From the NCBI GenBank assembly GCA_963693365.1, contig CAVNZM010000017.1:4197375-4261374 (forward strand): a stretch of 64,000 bases of DNA, given 5' to 3'. Within the stretch, counting starts at the first letter, position 1; every line of letters begins with the position of its first letter. The position numbers were made by a program, and so were the translations under genes. The stretch is from Amoebidium appalachense. Lineage: Eukaryota; Protista; Ichthyosporea. The notes beneath the pieces were generated by a model. The model saw only the letters and a list, made by a program, of their open reading frames with translations. It was not told where the DNA came from and searched no databases. Of this stretch, positions 32,252 through 61,443 are shown piece after piece.

Positions 32252-32903
32252 TCAAGAAATGATCGTCCATTTTTGGTTGTCCTTCGCCGTGCAGGCACCC
32301 AGAGTCGGCTGCAAAGAAAAGAAAGTCAGCACATTATAGAGCCCAACGTAAAATCAGATCGAAAATGCAAGCGATTGAACATGAGTCTGCATGTAGGTAA
32401 GTTACCAATGTCTTTCGTTGACAAAAAAAATTGCTACGTTTGCGTATTTGTTCGTTGGGGCAGAGGGGATTACGGAAGGAGGTAAAGGGGAGGGAGTGGG
32501 GGAGGAGGGGAGACGGGGGGGAGGAGGGGGAGGAGAAGAGACGGTGTGTGTGTGTGTGTGTGTGGAGGGGGGGAGGGGGGGGGGAGGGGGGAGGGGGTTG
32601 CTGCTGTTACATAAACCGTTGGGGGGGTTTGACCATTTTGCTTTTTTGGGTGGAAAGGGGAATGTGTGGAGTGCACCAGGTCACTAGGTGTCTGGATGGT
32701 GGTGGGGGTACATGGTGCAAGCAGTGGTGTGGGGTAGGAGAAGCTGGCAGTGGGGGAGGGGGGGAGTTGGAGAGGAGAAAGAAAGAGGCCGGAGAGGGAC
32801 TCGGGGGGGGGGGGGGGGGGGGGAGGGAGAGAGAGAGAGACAGACTGAGGGGTCCCGGGAATAGGGAGAGAGAGTGAGACAGAGAGAGACAGAGAGGGAG
32901 AGG

Positions 32904-32936
<33 letters not shown>

Positions 32937-33446
32937 GCGGGGGGGAGGGAGAATGGCGAGGGGGGGGAGCGGGGAGAGAGGCAGGGAGATCCTGAGAGCA
33001 TGTCCGTGAGAGAAAGAGTGGCAGAAAGAGAGTCAGAGAGAGAGGGGGACTATAGGCAGGGAGAAACAGAGACCGAGAGAGACAAAGTGTGCAAGAGAAA
33101 GAAAACCTCGGACCGACTGGGGACTGGAGGGAAGGAGCTGCAATTGGATATTGAGGTCTGACAATGAGTATGTTTGTGGGGAGGGGGAGGGGGAACCAAA
33201 ACAATACATTCCACCTGATTCTATTGTGCCTTAACATTGGTTAATCAAGCCAGACAGATACAGATACCCTCCCCCCCCCCCCCCCCCCCCCCCCCTCTTT
33301 CCCCCTCCCCCCCCCCCCCTCCCCCTTCCCACCCCCCCAAATCACCTGTCTGAAAATTCCCACATTCCCTCAGCGCCTCAACCAATGTTGAGAATCTGGC
33401 GGGAAATGAAAACAACAAAGGGCCATAAAAGGTTATTAGAGGGGGG

Positions 33447-33511
<65 letters not shown>

Positions 33512-33987
33512 GGATCAGGGGGACATACCACAGTGATAAAAGAGTTTTGCAGCTCCAAACACTTGTTTTCCACCTTAAGCGCGTCTCCATCAACCGTCCA
33601 AGTGCCCTGTTCCGCCTTAACCATCGTACAGGGTAGGAAAGTAACCGCGGTGGACCCAGGGGTCACCGGGGCCATACAGGATTCCAAATTCGTCATCGGG
33701 AACATGTAGACGAATTTCCCGTCTTTTTGCTCAAAATACGGTGCGGAAGAGCAGGCGACAAGAAGCATGGACTCGCTGAGGCACGTGGTGGTGCCCTTTT
33801 TCTGGATTTTGACTTTCTTACCCTGCACCTTGGCTGCAAAAATGCAAGGGGAAGGGTCAGAAAAGATGCATGGTCAACTTGTTTCAGCAGTGAATACACG
33901 GGCAACGAAAGTTCACCTGAGTTTGCTATGATTGAAAACATGAGGTGTAGGATTGGGATAGCGACAGCCCGAGGGTTTGGAGGGGGG

Positions 33988-34021
<34 letters not shown>

Positions 34022-35735
34022 GGTGGTGGGATGGGTGGGTGCGTGAGGGGAAGGGGGGAGGGGGGATTGGTATGCTACACTTCAGAAAGGGAACATTGCA
34101 AACAATCACAACAAAGAAGACGGCCCACTTCAGTGCGTGTGTGTGTTTGTGTGGTGAGGTGGTGGTGGTGGTGGTGGTGGTGGTGGGGGAAGGGGCGGGG
34201 TGAGTGGACCAATGCCTATCCCCCCCCCCTCCCCCCCCCCCCCCCCCCCCCCCCCGCCGCTCCTGCCGGTTCACTCAGAGGTTTACCGCCTGCCACCATC
34301 ATAATGCACGATTAATATTATGCAAGTGATGGCTCCACGAGAGTAACTTCCGAGAGTGAAACGCGGCGTGCTTAAGAAAATTGGGTAGTGGGGGCGAGGA
34401 GAGGGGGGGGGGGGGAGGGGGGAGGGGGAAGGGCGCTAGATTTTTAGCAGTGTAAAGGGGGCATCAAGTAAAAAAGAAGGTAGAGAGGTTACTGTATATA
34501 TATAAAGTCGTCAGCAGGTTCAGCACGTTGGGCTGACTCACCCACACAGTTGTAGTAGTCCGTACCCAGGGTGTACCCCTTCTCGCAGTTGCACTTCCAG
34601 ATCTTGTACATGGGCTCCTCCTGGCACACAGAGTGTGAACCGCACTTGTAGTCTTTGCGGCAGTCCCCATAGGCCCCAGTGTAGGTGTATGAGCCAGCTG
34701 GGTGGTGAGGGAGAAAAAAAAAGAAGAATACATTGTTGTTAGTTAATGACTCTGCTATGTGCTTGGGTGAAAAGATATGACGGTTAAACGTGTACGGGCC
34801 GGGAGTTAAGATGATAAGTTACATGCTTCAAGGAACCAAGTGGGGAAGAACTTGATATGCAAAGTGTGTGGGTGGCTGGGTGACGTAGGATGAACCACAG
34901 TGCATTTGAGACTTCAAGTAAAGAAAGCACCATGATCATGTCATCGGCTCCTCTGAGCCCTGTTTTTCTTCGTGTGAATGTCACGTGAACAGCCTGCGCA
35001 GGCTATCATCAAAGAAGTTCTTATGTCCATGTGTGCACATGCATCCTCATGATCGTTTTCGAGCCTTCTACATTGATAGCCTCACGTACATAACTGCAAT
35101 TAACGCTGGAGGGTGCGAATACTTACTCGGCAAACCGGTAGGCACAGGTATGGATACGGTCGGCATGGTAACGGAGGGCAACACGACGGTGGGGGTCACG
35201 AAATCGCTGACATGTGCTGTTTGCGTTGGTCCCCCTGCTGTTTCATTGGCGTTCTCACCAACAACATGTACAGGTTTGGTGTGTTCGAAAATGGGTGTGG
35301 CAAAGGGGGTCATCTCGGCAACGAGGCCAAAGAGGGAGTCGTCCAATTCGAAGTCATCTTGAACGGGGGCGGCGTGGGTGGATGGGCGGGTGAGGGAAAG
35401 GAAGCAGGCTGTGAGGGTCAAGGTGGATGGGCTGCGGGAATAAAATCACGTGTTATGAGTATTTATCGCATCAATTGTGCTAGTGCCCATGAAACCATAG
35501 TGAAGTGATTCAATAAGTTATGTGCATGTGGTTAAGATGTGGTAACAGTAACAGCAGTTTATTCAAGCTGTGAGCAACTTGAAGCTGCTGGCATTGTATA
35601 CGTGTATCAAATGCAGAAAGCAATGTAGTATTGGTTGTTTCTTTAGAAATATACTCACAGTTCTTGAAGACATATGCTTATAAGGTCGTGCTTGAGGAGA
35701 TAATGCATCACTGGCACAAAGGCAACAGCTAACAT
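32252..35735 (-). CDS. Probable secreted or surface protein: Thr/Pro-rich linker, EGF-like domain and ricin-B (beta-trefoil) lectin; exons 35735-35659 (uncertain), 35431-35127, 34697-34542, 33833-33529, 32308-32252
   Basis: EGF spacing in CRKDYKCGSHSVCQEEPMYKIWKCNCEKGYTLGTDYYNC. Ricin-like repeats CLSESMLLVAC, CMAP...LPC...EQGTW and KCLEL...GACTAKDNQKW. GT-AG junction phases are consistent. Confidence 0.72.
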
Positions 35736-36846
35736 GGCAGGGGAGGCTTACTGTGTGTTACACTTGCGCCGCGTGAGTGCGTTCATGCATCACGATCACC
35801 GGGTGGTAGTGGGTTCTTACCTGATGGACTTCATTCTGGAGTAACGCTTGAAGATGGCCGAATTTTACGATTTAAAGGATATGTATGTGGTGACAAAGCG
35901 CACTTGAAGGCTCTATTGTGTGCAGTACACAGCAGATTGATGAGAGAAGTCCTACTGATATCACTAGCAATGCCGGGGATCTGCCTCTTTATATACCTGA
36001 GGTCTGCATTCCACACCGTTTGGATTATAAAACCAGCCAATGAGAAATCAAAACCTACAAAAGTTCATTTATGCATCAGCGTAATGATTTTTAACCAATA
36101 GGAATACGGAGACTTTGGCTCAAATTCAAATGCTTTTCCCCAGGGTGTGCAATTCGTGATTTGGCGCACGAGGCGGAACCTTTTTGGTAGCCCCCGGATA
36201 ATATGTATATGGGCACCCACTGCGCTATTTTCATAACTAAACATGCTATGGTCACAGTTGTGAATTCAGTGGACCTAACCGTGCTAGGAACAGTTTGGGA
36301 TTTTAGGTGCAAATGCACTATATTGGAGACACGATAAAATCGTACGCGCACGCGTACGCCTACGGTACGCCCATACGTGTGCATGCATCACGCTTCCTCG
36401 GTGCACGTACTTAAATAGCACGTAACCCACGCTTATCCACGTCTTTTAAAAAGCTTGCTGCTGTGAGTATTGATTGAATAAAGTCACGTGCTAATATTAA
36501 AAAACGTTTTATGTGGGGGCGAGGACACACCTCAGGGCCAAGATGGCAGGCGTCATCTACGTGCAGGCCTACTCAGCCCTACCATACCGCCGTCATCTTC
36601 TGTTTTAAAAAAGGTATGCATTCCAGATTCTACTAAATCTAGCCAATAGGGTCGGTCGATCTTTTATGAGCTGGCACTGGCAGCGCCCAAAAGTTGCACG
36701 GGGCACGTGCACGCGTCACACGTGCATGTGTGCACGCGTGCGCGCGTCCTGCTGATAAGATTCGGGCCTCTCCGGGGGCCGGGGACAAGGGGCGGGTAGT
36801 GGGGGTCTCGGGGCGGGGCGGGGCGGGGCGGGGCGCCGGCGGCGGG

Positions 36847-36889
<43 letters not shown>

Positions 36890-37265
36890 GGAGGAACCCT
36901 CAGCCAACGAATTGAGCCAACGCCGTCAATTCCCGGTTGATGATGTTTTGCAGACGTCGGACGGCCAGGGGGCCTACGATCGATGGCATGTCCCGGAGGT
37001 GATGTCTGTGTTTGTGTGTGTGTGTGTGGGGAGGGATAGTGGGGGACATAGAGAGGGGGGCCGGGGGGGGGGGGGGGGGGGGTAGGCTCCTCTCATATTA
37101 CTTGGCACTGTCGCAAATGTCGCAGTAGTGTGCGCATACCTTGCATCTCAGTCGTGATCAAGTTTGAAAATGCATGCGTGTCTACTTCTCTCTCGATCTC
37201 CCTCAGCTCTCCCTCATTGAGTACTCCCTCCCTCTCTCTCTCTCTCTCTCTCCCCCCCCCCCCCC

Positions 37266-37349
<84 letters not shown>

Positions 37350-37352
37350 TTC

Positions 37353-37388
<36 letters not shown>

Positions 37389-38323
37389 ACTCACTCACTC
37401 ACTCACTCGCTCATTCACACACTCACTCACTTACACACACACACAAACACACACACACACACACACACACAAACTCTCCCCCCCCCCCCCCCCCCCCCCC
37501 CCCTCCCCCCTCCCCCCTCTCCCTCCCTCCCTCTCTCCCTCTCACTCCTTCAAACCGTCAATCCCTCGTACCCACCCTCCCTCCCTTTCCTCTCACCCCC
37601 CTTTTTATTTTTATTTTAATTTTAATTTTATTTTATCCCGTTTTGTTCCCGGAGGGACCCCTTGGGCCCTCAGGGGGAATTCCGTCTTCCACTCAGCTTT
37701 CCTCTCACCCCCTCCCTCCCCCCTCTCCCCCCCCCCCCCTCTCGTTCTCTATCTTTCCGACTTGATCACACACACTCTCTCTCTCGATCTCGATCTCTCT
37801 GTCGTGCGTGTGTGCGTGTGTGTGTGCGCGTGTGTGTGTTTGTGTGTGTGAGTACTTTTGTGTGTGTGTGTGCGTGTGCATGCGTGCCCACGTGTGCAAA
37901 TGTGTGAGTCTTTGTGTGTGCGCGTGGGTATGGTCGCCCGTGTGTGTAGTGTGTGTATGTGTGTTCTTTACTATACGGGACGGTGTGTTCTACTGTGTAC
38001 GGTGTGTGCGTGTGTATGCGTGTGTACATGTGTGTGTGCGCGTGCGTGTGTGCGCGACTGTCTGTGTGTGTATATGTATGTGTGTGTTTGTGTGTGGGGG
38101 GGGGAGAGGGGAAGGGGGAGGGGGTCACACGGTGTATGGTGTGTACATGCACGTCAACACACCACACCAACACAGGCCAAAGTTAAACTCACACATACTA
38201 TAGATGTAGCGACAGGGTGTCATGCAGCCGCACACGAACGCCTGCAGTATTCTATTTCCTCCTCCCCCCCCCCCCCCCCCCACACACCAAAAAAAAAAGA
38301 AAAAAAAAAGGAAGTGTGTGTGT

Positions 38324-38354
<31 letters not shown>

Positions 38355-38455
38355 GGGGAAGAAAAAAGACACACACACACGCGCATGCACACACACACGC
38401 ACGCACACGCACGCAAATACACACACATGCAAACACATACGCGCGCACACACCCA

Positions 38456-38486
<31 letters not shown>

Positions 38487-38530
38487 GCGCGCGCGCACGC
38501 ACACACATGCACGCACATACACTCTCGACC

Positions 38531-38564
<34 letters not shown>

Positions 38565-38668
38565 ACACACACACAAAAAAAAAAAAAAAAAAAGAACAAG
38601 AACACACACAAGCCCGCACACACTACACACACACATACACACACGCACACACACACACACACACACAC

Positions 38669-38722
<54 letters not shown>

Positions 38723-38739
38723 CGAACCAGCCGATTCAG

Positions 38740-38789
<50 letters not shown>

Positions 38790-38900
38790 AAAAAAAAAGA
38801 AAAAAACACCCGAAAAGCCCCCCTCCCCCCCTTTTTCCCCCTTCCCCCTCTCCCCCCCTCCCCTTCAGGGACTCCGTTAGGGACTGTGTGTGTGTGTGTG

Positions 38901-38933
<33 letters not shown>

Positions 38934-40545
38934 CGCGCGTGTGTGTATGTGTGTGGAGGGGAGGGGAGACAAGAGAACGATCTTTACTTCCCTGCAGGAC
39001 CCTTTTAGAATTCAGATGTTATCCCCAATTCCATCTGTTATTCTAATAGTGAAATGCCCACGGAGGTATACCAACTGATGTATGTATGGAGTTTATGCTG
39101 TTCTTACTCAAGGCGTCGAGATTGGCAGATCATGATGCAGGGGATTTTGTTGGTTGTTTTTTTTCCCCTTTCCTTTCCTTTTCTTTTCTTTTTTTTTTTT
39201 TTTTTGTTGAGCGTTACTGTACCAGGTCCATTGGAGTCTGTAGCTGTCGACTGTCGGCTGTCCACCGAGTATCAAACATTTTTTCCACCTACGCTAGTTT
39301 TAGTATGCCTGCTAAAGTTGCCAGGATTAAAAATGAGTTAAACAGTCCAGGGTGGTTCCCCCCCCTTACCCCCCCCCCCCCCCCCCCCCCCCCCCTCACC
39401 CTCCTGCCCCTTCTAACCTCCACTTCCCTAGGCCTCCTGCCATTTGAAATTCCTCTGATCTCTCTAGGCTACCCCCGCCTACCCCCCCCCCCCCCTCCCC
39501 CCTCCTTTTTGTACGTGTTTTCTGTGTGTGTGGGTTAGTGGTTTTTTTTTTGGTTGGTAGGTTTGGAGGGGGGGGAGGGGAGGAGCGGGGGGGCAAGGGG
39601 GGAGCGGGGTCGTGGCACCAGCTAATAAGGATGGCAGAAGCAGAGGCAAAGAAATTGCAGGACTTCATAGATAACATTTCCCTTGAAGTTCGAGTTTTTT
39701 TTTTTTTTTTTTTTGTGTGTGCGGTATGTATGGGAGGGAGGGGGGGGGGGGGTGAGGGTGAAGGGTACGGGAAGGGGGGGGGGGGGGGAGGGGAATGAGG
39801 GGGCCCCGGGGGGGGGGGGGGAGGGGGGGAAGGTTAGGTGCGTGTTAAGCCAATAGAAAGGTGAGACGGGGTTGAGCCTTCAGGATCAACCTAAAGTTGG
39901 ACACAACAAAAATATCAAATTTGAGCCTTTTAACTCACTGTGGGTGCTTGTGTCAAATGCGTATGACGTCATTATTGGGCGGACTACCTTCACCTTGCCC
40001 ATCGTGTTTCTACTTTTGCTTCTCATCCATGTTGTTTTGTATGTTGTTTCGCTCAATCTGGTGTCGTACTGAGCTACTTATTCAAATAGGGAGGGGCACT
40101 GTCGTATATAAGCAGAGCAGAGAGGGCTAGCGTCGTTAAAACCTTTTCTTATGGACTAAATAAGGGTGTGATTCGTCATCTAAAACCCAAGCTGGGATTG
40201 AAGGGCATTTATACACAAAGGCGGAAATAAGACATCAACACAGCGGGCTGGTTTCACCTTTTGATTATCACCTTGCTAAAAAGTAGGTGCCTGAAGCGAC
40301 TGTGCTCGAACACACACACATTTTAGGAGACACACACGCGCATCACGCCGTACATAGGTGAGTACTCCGTTTCGAAACGACCAAATTGGCGCCTGAGCGC
40401 AGTTGGCCATCACCACTCTGCTAGCTGTGTAGGAAACAGTGCCAAGGGAAGCTACCTTATTTCATCTTCCTCTCGATCTGAATACCATAATAAGGGCACC
40501 CAGATCACAACACACACGAGAAGTTTTTTACGTCCACCAATCAAC

Positions 40546-56570
<16,025 letters not shown>

Positions 56571-56677
56571 GGTTTAAGGTGTGTGTTTGTGTGTTTTGGG
56601 GGAGGGGTGTGTGTGTGGGGGGGGGGGGGGGGGGAGGAGGGGGGGGAGGAGGGGGGGGGAGGATTTGGGGGTTAGTT

Positions 56678-56789
<112 letters not shown>

Positions 56790-57026
56790 CGTGTGTGTAC
56801 GATTTGGGTGTTGGAATTGTGTGGGTGTAATTTTTTTTTTTGTTTTTTTTTTTGTTTTTTCGGAGGGGGGAGGGGTATGTATGTGCACATGGCTAATATT
56901 GATGTCCATGTTGGATTGTAAAGTCGGTTATTTAGCATTGTGTTGTATTTTCTGTACAGCATTGGAGTGAAGAGAATGTAAAGATTTGATTTTTTGCCTA
57001 CATCTTACATAGGGAGGTCCAGGGAA

Positions 57027-57060
<34 letters not shown>

Positions 57061-57505
57061 CTGTTTCTAAGAAAGAAACACAGGGAATTTTCCCGTACCT
57101 TCGTTCAAAATCCAAGAATTATGGGCGACATTCCATTGCAGTATATGGGGCATGTAAAACTTTGCACCTTGGTTTAGGTTGCTTCCCTTTTTCTGTTCTG
57201 GCCAAGGTTTTTGTTTTTTTTGTCATGTGCAATGGTTTAACTTTCTGCAATTTACATGAAACGTTGCCTGTTTGGGTCTTTTCCTTCTTTTTTTACCCGT
57301 CGTTACTTGTCTTTTTTTTTTTTTTTGTTTTTTTTCTTTTTTCTTTTTTGAGATATTCACATTTTGTCTTTTTATGTCATGTCGAGGAGGCTGAACGAGA
57401 GACGGCCACTGTGTGGTGCTGTACCATCTGCCTGGATGCAACAAAGAAAAGCGTAAAAAAGAGAGAGAGAAAAAAGAGAATGATTCCCATGTCCGTTTTC
57501 CTGCT

Positions 57506-57537
<32 letters not shown>

Positions 57538-57561
57538 TTGGTGTGCGTGCATGTGTGTGTG

Positions 57562-57599
<38 letters not shown>

Positions 57600-58153
57600 C
57601 ATGTTTGTATGTTAATGTAACGTGATCATCTGTGTGTGCGTGAACAGAATGATATATGGGGCCGGGGTAATTCGAGGGCCGGGGGGGGGGAGGGGGGTTG
57701 GATGGGATTAACAGACTGAAATAATTCCACCCGAATACAAATATGCATATATATGCCAACTAACTTTAAACGTGTATACAAGAAACAGAAACCAGAAATT
57801 CAAAAGAATAAAAAGGCAGATATGAGACAAGAGCAAACAAGCAAAAGCCATCATTTGGGGGGGGGGGGGGGGGGGGGGAACACTACCTTGTGCACTTATG
57901 TGGTGTCGATGTTTATACCCACTTTAATTAATCCATTCTGGATTATACGCGGGCGCACAGCACCCACCCACATGCAATGTTTCGTATCACAGATGACCAA
58001 TCACAAACACCAGACATTATCCATTTTGAGGGCGCTTGATGAAAACACCTCAATTGATTGGCTGAATTTATACGTGAACGTCAAATGGTCCTGCCATCGA
58101 TTTCTCGTTACGTAGAATTCGAAAGCTCCAAGTGTTGGTGGGAGGGAAAAAAA

Positions 58154-58196
<43 letters not shown>

Positions 58197-58344
58197 AAGA
58201 AAAATCAACTGAAAAGACGAACCACAAGCAGGACCTTGCAAAGTTTCCTCTCGCCAAAAGACCTATACCTGCATGCGCAGGAGCAAAAAAAATGGTGTAC
58301 AAACCATAGAACTTAACTTTAAACTTATTTTTATCGGCTTTAGA

Positions 58345-58761
58345 CTACTGTTGCTTTGATGCAGTCTGTGCCTCACCCTGTCCGTATATGTCGGGGATCT
58401 CCAAGCCACAGCGCCTGGCCGCCATCTGAGTGTACTCGCGGTTGGTTTTGGTGTCTGGCGGGTAGTACATACTCATCAGGTCCTGTGTGTGTATGTACGT
58501 GTACGCGTACGTGTGTGTGTACATATGCGTGTGTGTGTGTGTGGATGAATGTGAGGGGTGGGTGTGCACGTGTGTTTGTGTGTGTGTGTGTGGGTGGGTG
58601 GGTGGGTGGGTGGATGAGTGTGTGTAAGTGTGTGTGTGTGTGTGTGTGTGTACGTGTGTGTATGTGTGTGTGGGTGGGTGGGTGGATGAGTGTGTGTAAG
58701 TGTGTGTAGGTGTGTGTGTGTGTGTGTGTGTGTATGTGCATTGCATGTGTGTGTACGTGCA

Positions 58762-58800
<39 letters not shown>

Positions 58801-59360
58801 CGTCATGGGCCAGAAAGAGATGGGATGTTGCGGGAGATGGAGAGGGACGGTTAGTACCAGAGCACCATGCAGATACTGTAATAGCACCTTTAACAGAACG
58901 CATGTGTCCGTGCAAGGAAAGGGGGGGGGATGGAGGGGGGGTTTGAATGCGGAACACAGTACGAAGTACGCATAGACGATGAGAAGCATGATGCAGGACA
59001 CATGCAAAGGCAAACATTCAAGTATGCAGCATCAGCCATGCGCACAGTATGCGTCATAAGCAGAGCCCATCCTCAGGGAGGGCCCAAGTCATCAATTGCG
59101 TCTGAGTTTCGACCCCTTAGCCCGCGTATATACGACGCTCCAACTCAGACAGCAGCATCAACTGAACTTGGGTGGGTCAACCCGTCTTGATCAAAGACGA
59201 GCAGGGTTGCTTATGCAAGCAAGGTGAGCAAAACGGTGAAGATGTGTGTGCAAACTAATGCAGTGCAGCGACAAACGCGTATGTGCTTACAGATGCACGA
59301 CACAGAGCAACCATGCCCGGTTGCATGGGGATGGAGGGGGGGGGGGGGGGGGGGGGGGGG

Positions 59361-59401
<41 letters not shown>

Positions 59402-61412
59402 GCGATAAAGTACCAAGTACACACAAACAACGGACGACACAATGCAGAGTGCAAACCACACATAAAGGGTATGCATAACAAGCAGAGCCCATCCCCCCGG
59501 GTGGGGGGGGGGAGGGGGGGGGGGGGGGTCATGGAATAGAAAGGTTGGATGAAAAAGTCGGCAAAGTGAAACGCAAAAACACGGAAAAAACCATACAAAA
59601 ACGAGAGATTTTAAACGACGTAAACCCACATAACACTTGAACAGAACCCATCATCTGATGATTGGAGGGGTAGGGAAGCAGGCGGGGGGGGGGGGGGGGG
59701 GGGGGGGCACAAAAAGAAAGAGAAAACAGACGGGGGGAAGGGGGTGGGAGAGGGAGGAAACAGCATGGGGGGGGGGGGGGGGGTTTTGAATGCGGAACAC
59801 AGTACGAAGTACGCATACACGATGAGAAGCATGGTGCAGGACACATGCAAAGGCAAACATTCAAGTATGCAGCATCAGCCATGCGCACAGTATGCGTCAT
59901 AAGCAGAGCCCATCCTCAGGGAGGGCCCAAGTCATCAATTGCGTCTGAGTTTCGACCCCTTAGCCCGCGTATATACGACGCTCCAACTCAGACAGCAGCA
60001 TCAACTGAACTTGGGTGGGTCAACCCGTCTTGATCAAAGACGAGCAGGGTTGCTTATGCAAGCAAGGTGAGCAAAACGGTGAAGATGTATGTGCAAACTA
60101 ATGCAGTGCAGCGACAAACGCGTATGTGCTTACAGATGCACGACACAGAGCAACCATGCCCGGTTGCATGGAAGTAAAGATGTCTCCACACAGTGGTCTG
60201 TCCTGAAAGGACACCTCTGAAAGAAGACAGGGGGGGTTTTGAATGCGGAACACAGTACGAAGTACGCATACACGATGAGAAGCATGGTGCAGGACACATG
60301 CAAAGGCAAACATTCAAGTATGCAGCATCAGCCATGCGCACAGTATGCGTCATAAGCAGAGCCCATCCTCAGGGAGGGCCCAAGTCATCAATTGCGTCTG
60401 AGTTTCGACCCCTTAGCCCGCGTATATACGACGCTCCAACTCAGACAGCAGCATCAACTGAACTTGGGTGGGTCAACCCGTCTTGATCAAAGACGAGCAG
60501 GGTTGCTTATGCAAGCAAGGTGAGCAAAACGGTGAAGATGTATGTGCAAACTAATGCAGTGCAGCGACAAACGCGTATGTGCTTACAGATGCACGACACA
60601 GAGCAACCATGCCCGGTTGCATGGAAGTAAAGATGTCTCCACACAGTGGTCTGTCGGGGGGGGGGGGGGGGGAGAACAGACGGGAGGGGGGGAGGGGGGG
60701 GGGGGGGAGGGGGCACAAAAAGAAAGAGAAAACAGACGAGGAGAAGGGGGCGGGAGAGGAAACGGGGGGAGGGGGAGGGGGGGGGGGGGGAGGGGGGACG
60801 GGGGGAGCGGGGGAGGAAAAAGGGGGGAGGGGGGGGACACAAAAAAAAGAAAAGAAAGAAGAAAAGAAAAACATACCGAATGCCGCTTTGTGCTCTGCAG
60901 CAGAGCAATAGCATTCTGGGCGTCTGTCCGTCTGTCTGCTACCTCCCTCTCCTCTTTCAGGTCTCTGTTTTTACGGAACATATCCACAACACTGCGGCTA
61001 TACTGCGTGCTCTTTGCACTCGTGGTGATGATGTTCTGTTTGTAGACATCACATGGTCAGTGTTAAAAAAAAAAAAAAAGGAAGAAAGAAAGTAGAAAGA
61101 AAGAAAAGGCATGGAAAAGAACCCCCGGATGAAGGGGGGGAGAGGGGGGGGGAGGGGGAGGGGGGAGGGGGGCAGGGGGGGGGGGGGGGGGGGGCGGGGA
61201 GGGGGGGGGAGGGGGGATGTTTGCGTAAGACCGTTGGAAGTATGGAGAAAATAGCAAAGAGAGAGGGGGGGGGGGGGGGGGGAGTGGGTTAAAATGTGTT
61301 AAAAGAATACGAATTGCACATTCATGACGGACAAATACACAAGGCAGAGTGCAAACCACAAATAACGGCGAGCATAGCATGCACACATGGCCAGTGCTGT
61401 AGTTGTTTCCCC

Positions 61413-61443
<31 letters not shown>

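Noticed and set aside
36890-39690. Possible additional + strand gene (exon-like pieces at ~36891-36998, 38998-39065 and 39630-39687)
   Set aside because: No recognisable domain and no consistent splice chain could be built. Unresolved without RNA-seq.
59845-60033. Recurrent small ORFs within the satellite unit (e.g. MQRQTFKY..., MTWAPPEDG...)
   Set aside because: They recur only because the repeat recurs, are not conserved between pLTR and satellite, and show no protein features.
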